From Candidatus Latescibacterota bacterium (GTDB lineage: Bacteria > Latescibacterota > UBA2968 > UBA8231), in NCBI GenBank assembly GCA_965204725.1, contig OZ242005.1:1440001-1504000 (forward strand): a stretch of DNA of 64,000 bases, given 5' to 3'. The translations under genes and the position numbers were made by a program. A model generated the notes under the pieces. That model was given only the letters and a program-made list of their open reading frames with translations, was not told where the DNA came from and did no database searches. Of the stretch, positions 60,296-64,000 are shown in pieces. The first letter of the stretch is position 1. Each line of letters starts with the position of its first letter.

Positions 60296-62260
60296 TTACT
60301 GGCTCGGGGAAAACTCCGCTTCCCAGAGGGTGCGGTTCCCGGCGGCAATCCACTGGCCGACCCGGATGCGGCCGATGGCGTAGGCGGGGAGGCGGACGAT
60401 CATCATACATTGGTTGCCGACCCGCTCGCCGCGCTCGCCGAAATAGAAGCCGAGGTTGTCATAGCCGTACCGCTCGCGGTGGGCTGGCAGGTCGGCTGGG
60501 TCGGCTGGGATGACGTGCAAGACGAACTTTGCCTGCACGTCCGCGGGGGCACATGGCTCTTTGCGGTAGGTCAGCTTGCGTCCCGTGCGGTACACGCCCC
60601 AGCCGGCGCGGGTTACTTGCTCGTCGGCCTGTTCGATGAGTTGGTTCACGTAGCGTTGTTTGCGGGCGCGATGCCTTTCCGCATCGAATAGTTCGGTAGT
60701 CGTGCGGCGGAACACAACGCCGTCGGCCAGTTCGGCCACAATTTCCACGCCGGGCAGGACGCGGAGATCCGTGTCGTCGTGACCGAGAAAAGATCGATTA
60801 TAGATCGCATCAAACCAAATGATACGCGCCCCGGCCTCAATTTTGGTCCACCGCATCGCCCGCGGGGTATTTTGGTACTTTCCCAACTTTTCCGGGGCGG
60901 CGGTCCGATCCCAAAACCAAGCAAGTTCTCGGCTGTTGGTGTAAATCCTGCCCTCAATAGGGTGGTCCTGGAGGTACTGCAAGGTCTCGGACTGTTGCCA
61001 AGAGGCGGCGTTGTACGTCCCGTGTTCGTACCCGGCTCGCCATGCTTGGGCGGTAAGAATGAGGTTTTTTCCCGCTGAGAAGCCGACGTGGGCGAGGGTG
61101 CCCAGCGCGACGAGGGACGCCACAACGTAGCGGACAGCCACCATCCGGCCCGTAGCCTCAATGGACAGGAACCGATCCAGCAGGAACGCGGCCGTCAACA
61201 GCAGCGGCACGTATATCGGCAGGAGGTAGCGGCTGTCGATACCCTGAGTAACCGTGAAGGGCACGACCACGGTCATGAATGCGATGTAGCCCACGGTGAA
61301 CGCCCCGAATGGGAGTGCCGGCCCCAACCCGAAGGATGGCGGCGCGGCCTCTGGGTCTGGCTGGCGACCGCGCAGGACAGCCGCCGCGCTGATGAGGACG
61401 AGTGCCGCGACCGCCAGCCCCAGCAGGTACGCAAGTCCATCCGGCGTTTTCAGGGGGACGATCCATTCGCGGACCACCTCAACGGTCTGGTACAACCCAG
61501 CGAATAGGGACTGCCTCGAAGGTTCTGTTCGGTGCCCTGTTACTTGGATCAGGTTTCCGGTGACCGCCCAGTTGTGCGCCAATACCGCCAGCAAGGGCAG
61601 GGACGAGACCACGCCAAAGACGAGGGTGTGTTTCCACCGGGCGAGGGGCAGCAGCACGAGGACGCCGGTGCCGATTAGGGCCGCGCCCGGATAGCGGGTC
61701 AGCGCGGCCAGCGCGGTGAAAACCGCTGCCAGCAGCAGGGGCGTCCTCCCACCGCGATGGAGAAAGGCCGCCAATTGGATCGAGGCGAGGAGCGGGAACA
61801 AGACGAAGAGCGGCTCGGCCTTGATGTGGGACGCCCAACGGCTCAAGGGCAGGGAGGCCGCAATGGCCGCGGTGGCGGCCAGCACCAGCCAGCGCGACCG
61901 GAGATTGGAGCGCAGCCAGCCCCCGGCAGCGAGGATGGTCAGCCCAAAGGCGGTGGCGTTGATCCACCGACTCGCGGCCACTGGATCGATGCCGACCCAA
62001 CCGCTGGCCGTTAGCAACAGGGGGAACAAGGGCGGCCATCCCACCATCGGACTGCCCGTGAAATACCGCCAGCCCTCGCCGGCGAGGAAGTTCAGGGCCG
62101 TAGAAAGGAAAACTACGGAATCTACGGTGACCGCGGCGCCGTAGGTGGCAGTGCGGACGAGGATATGGGCGGTGCCTAGCCCGGCGAGGACGACGATGAG
62201 CAGCGCGCAGCGGTCGCGCCCCAACCGGGCGATCCACTCTCTGGCGGAACGCTTCAGCAA
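60296..62260 (-). CDS. array copy 23 (promoter-proximal)
   Basis: TTG start with GGAGG RBS; 654 aa; loop AVTVDSVVF. Confidence 0.85.
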   Translation of the reverse strand: MLKRSAREWIARLGRDRCALLIVVLAGLGTAHILVRTATYGAAVTVDSVVFLSTALNFLAGEGWRYFTGSPMVGWPPLFPLLLTASGWVGIDPVAASRWINATAFGLTILAAGGWLRSNLRSRWLVLAATAAIAASLPLSRWASHIKAEPLFVLFPLLASIQLAAFLHRGGRTPLLLAAVFTALAALTRYPGAALIGTGVLVLLPLARWKHTLVFGVVSSLPLLAVLAHNWAVTGNLIQVTGHRTEPSRQSLFAGLYQTVEVVREWIVPLKTPDGLAYLLGLAVAALVLISAAAVLRGRQPDPEAAPPSFGLGPALPFGAFTVGYIAFMTVVVPFTVTQGIDSRYLLPIYVPLLLTAAFLLDRFLSIEATGRMVAVRYVVASLVALGTLAHVGFSAGKNLILTAQAWRAGYEHGTYNAASWQQSETLQYLQDHPIEGRIYTNSRELAWFWDRTAAPEKLGKYQNTPRAMRWTKIEAGARIIWFDAIYNRSFLGHDDTDLRVLPGVEIVAELADGVVFRRTTTELFDAERHRARKQRYVNQLIEQADEQVTRAGWGVYRTGRKLTYRKEPCAPADVQAKFVLHVIPADPADLPAHRERYGYDNLGFYFGERGERVGNQCMMIVRLPAYAIGRIRVGQWIAAGNRTLWEAEFSPSQ

Positions 62261-62369
62261 ATTTCCTCCCCCATAATTTTAGCGAAAGCAGTGGAACCCT
62301 GTACCCGGGCGTACCCGCTGGCGGGTGGCAACAAACCAACAAGGCCCCGGCGGGATGTACTTAAAAAAT

Positions 62370-62389
62370 AGTACATACATTTATGTACT
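62370..62389. promoter_or_regulatory. perfect 8-4-8 palindrome, candidate operator
   Basis: AGTACATA-CATT-TATGTACT in an AT-rich patch between divergent genes. Confidence 0.55.
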
Positions 62390-62518
62390 GTCCATTGAAT
62401 GGCTGTCGCGTACCAGACGAGGCGCGCTGTCCCGGCCCCGTGCGTCGCGGTTGACAGAAAATCGCTGTTGTGTGGATTTTCAGAGGTCGCTGTGAAACTG
62501 AACGGACTGAAACGGAAA

Positions 62519-63640
62519 ATGCGCTACGCGCCCAAGATAGCCCTCGCACTGGTCAGCTTGATCCTCGGCATCGCGCTAGGCGAACTGGCGTTGAGCCTTT
62601 TGCACCCGCAGCTCTTTCGCCGGCCCCCGGTCTGGCGCTATGACCCCGAGCTGGGTTGGAGCCACGTCCCGGACCGCGTCGGCCGCTTGGTCACTCCCGA
62701 GTTTGACGTGGAAATGCGGATCAATAGCATCGGCTTGCGCGACCGCGAGTTCGCGGACGCCAAGGCCGCGGGCGTCCGCCGCGTGGCCCTATTCGGCGAC
62801 TCGTTTGTCGAAGGCTGGGGCGTTCCCATAGAGGCCGCTGTCAGCCGTCGGCTAGAGGCCTGTCTGCGGCGGGAGAACGCCGCGGTGGAGGTCGCCAACT
62901 TCGGGGTGGCTGGCTACGGCACGGACCAAGCGCTGCTGTTTTTCGAGCAACAGGGGCCGCGCTTTGGGGCCGATGAGGTGGTGCTCTTTTTTTACGGCAA
63001 TGACCTGTGGAACAATGCTTCGCGCCGGGGCATTGGCGCGGAGCGGGGCTTCAAGCCCTACTTCCGGGTGAGGGGCAATGGGCGGCTAGTGCTGGCCGGC
63101 GTTCCGGTAAAGGAGTCGAGCTTTTGGCAACAGCCCGCTGACTCGTGGCCCCTCGCGTCGCGGTTGGAGCGGTATTTCTCGCAGCACTGGCATTTGTACC
63201 GGCTGCTGCAAAAGGCGTGGCAGCCAGAGGTGCCGCGCGGGCAGCAGCAGGATTTTTACGCCGGCCTCTACGGCGCGGATGTGCGCTTTGCCCCGGCTTG
63301 GGCACTGACCGGCCGCCTCCTCGCGGCCTTTAAGCGTAGCGTTGAGCAACGCGGGGCGCGCCTGACCGTCGTGTACGTGCCGTCGATCGTCCAAGTAGAA
63401 GAGGACAACTGGCGCGCCAAGCGCGATCTGTATGGCCTAATCGGCGAGTTCGACCTCCGCAAGCCCAATGCCCAGCTCGCCGGCTTTGCCGGGCAGCACG
63501 GATTCGCGCTGCTCGACTTGCTCGACGAGTTCAGAGAAAAGGCCCAGCACCAAACCCTGTATTGGCGCGATAGCCACTGGAACGCGGCCGGCCACGCCCT
63601 CGCGGCCGAGCGGCTCTGCGCGCATCTGCGGAGTCCCTAG
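62519..63640 (+). CDS. membrane-anchored SGNH/GDSL hydrolase (AlgJ/AlgX-like)
   Basis: N-terminal TM; INSIGLRD, GDSF, NFGVAGYG, GND, DSHWN. Start trimmed to ATG 62519. Confidence 0.88.
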   Translation: MRYAPKIALALVSLILGIALGELALSLLHPQLFRRPPVWRYDPELGWSHVPDRVGRLVTPEFDVEMRINSIGLRDREFADAKAAGVRRVALFGDSFVEGWGVPIEAAVSRRLEACLRRENAAVEVANFGVAGYGTDQALLFFEQQGPRFGADEVVLFFYGNDLWNNASRRGIGAERGFKPYFRVRGNGRLVLAGVPVKESSFWQQPADSWPLASRLERYFSQHWHLYRLLQKAWQPEVPRGQQQDFYAGLYGADVRFAPAWALTGRLLAAFKRSVEQRGARLTVVYVPSIVQVEEDNWRAKRDLYGLIGEFDLRKPNAQLAGFAGQHGFALLDLLDEFREKAQHQTLYWRDSHWNAAGHALAAERLCAHLRSP

Positions 63641-63642
63641 CT

Positions 63643-64000
63643 GTGGAGTGGCGCAAGGATCTGGGAATGGTGGGGCTGCTCGGGGCCGCGGTCGTCGTTT
63701 TCTTTTGGCCGGCTGCCGCGCTAGAGGGGGCGTTTTTCGTGCAGGACGTGATGGTGCAAAACCATCCGTTCCGCGACTTTTTCGCCCGCGCCCTCCGCGA
63801 GGGCCACCTGCCGCTGTGGAATGCGACCATCAACTGCGGCTTCCCCCTGTTTGCCGAAGGCCAAGCCGGGCCGTTGTATCCGCCCAATGTGATTTTGGCG
63901 TTGCTTTTGCCGACTTGGGCCGCGCTAAACTGGAACGTCGTCTTGCATCTGTGGTTGGCTGGCGGGGGCATGTACGCGCTGGTGCGCGGTTTTGGCGCGG
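63643..64000 (+). CDS. YfhO-like GT-C membrane protein, partial
   Basis: Translated by hand from GTG 63643: TM, QDV, GHLPLWN...GFPLFAEGQAGPLYP, HLWLAGGGMY; runs off the window. Confidence 0.8.
   Translation, partial: MEWRKDLGMVGLLGAAVVVFFWPAAALEGAFFVQDVMVQNHPFRDFFARALREGHLPLWNATINCGFPLFAEGQAGPLYPPNVILALLLPTWAALNWNVVLHLWLAGGGMYALVRGFGA

Larger units (their letters stand above)
13843..62260 (-). repeat. tandem array of 23 paralogous GT-C-type membrane protein genes (~2.0-2.4 kb units)
   Basis: Every unit shares HILVRTATYG, NFLAGEGW, PPLFPLL, TRYPG, RYLLPIYVP, AGAHIVW, VAELADG, GQWI...RTLWEAE; no other gene intervenes. Confidence 0.97.

Noticed and set aside
15270-62144. Recurring + strand and alternate-frame ORFs (MKTAAHHRG..., MAVRTRM..., MAALVPP...)
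   Set aside because: They are shadows of the repeated high-GC coding strand, with variable lengths and no independent motifs.
13843-62260. Integron cassette array
   Set aside because: Spacers lack attC structure (RYYYAAC...GTTRRRY), there is no integrase, and all genes are paralogues of one family.
13843-62260. Diversity-generating retroelement as the source of variation
   Set aside because: No reverse transcriptase or non-coding template repeat in the window. Variation includes indels and block swaps; adenine-specific bias was not evident by eye, though not computed.
13843-62260. Array as a pure assembly artefact
   Set aside because: Copies differ by many substitutions and in-frame indels while keeping open frames, which artefactual duplication would not produce. 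Individual junctions still need long-read checks.

Overview
High-GC bacterial window in three blocks. (1) 1-4.6 kb is a metal-homeostasis locus: an ArsP/DUF318-type permease (partial, - strand), divergent from a DUF2946/CruR-like RGPP leader peptide, an (HDDE)6 lipoprotein and a TonB-dependent receptor. (2) 4.7-13.7 kb holds a coiled-coil membrane protein, pterin-carbinolamine dehydratase, groES-groEL (consensus sigma-54 promoter, His-tailed GroEL), two SDRs, an MBL hydrolase and an NDP-sugar trio (epimerase, HddC-like nucleotidyltransferase, HddA-like kinase). (3) 13.8-62.3 kb is the main feature: an uninterrupted, co-oriented tandem array of 23 paralogous genes. They encode multi-TM proteins of the GT-C (ArnT/PMT-like) glycosyltransferase type, each with a variable extracytoplasmic region and one or two copies of a ~105-aa two-Cys C-terminal domain I cannot name. 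The copies are mosaics of each other, four lack the predicted catalytic Asp, and many are joined by a recurring 24-bp spacer related to a palindromic repeat element. A divergent SGNH hydrolase and a YfhO-like GT-C gene (partial) close the window. Family assignments come from motif recognition by eye; no database search was run.
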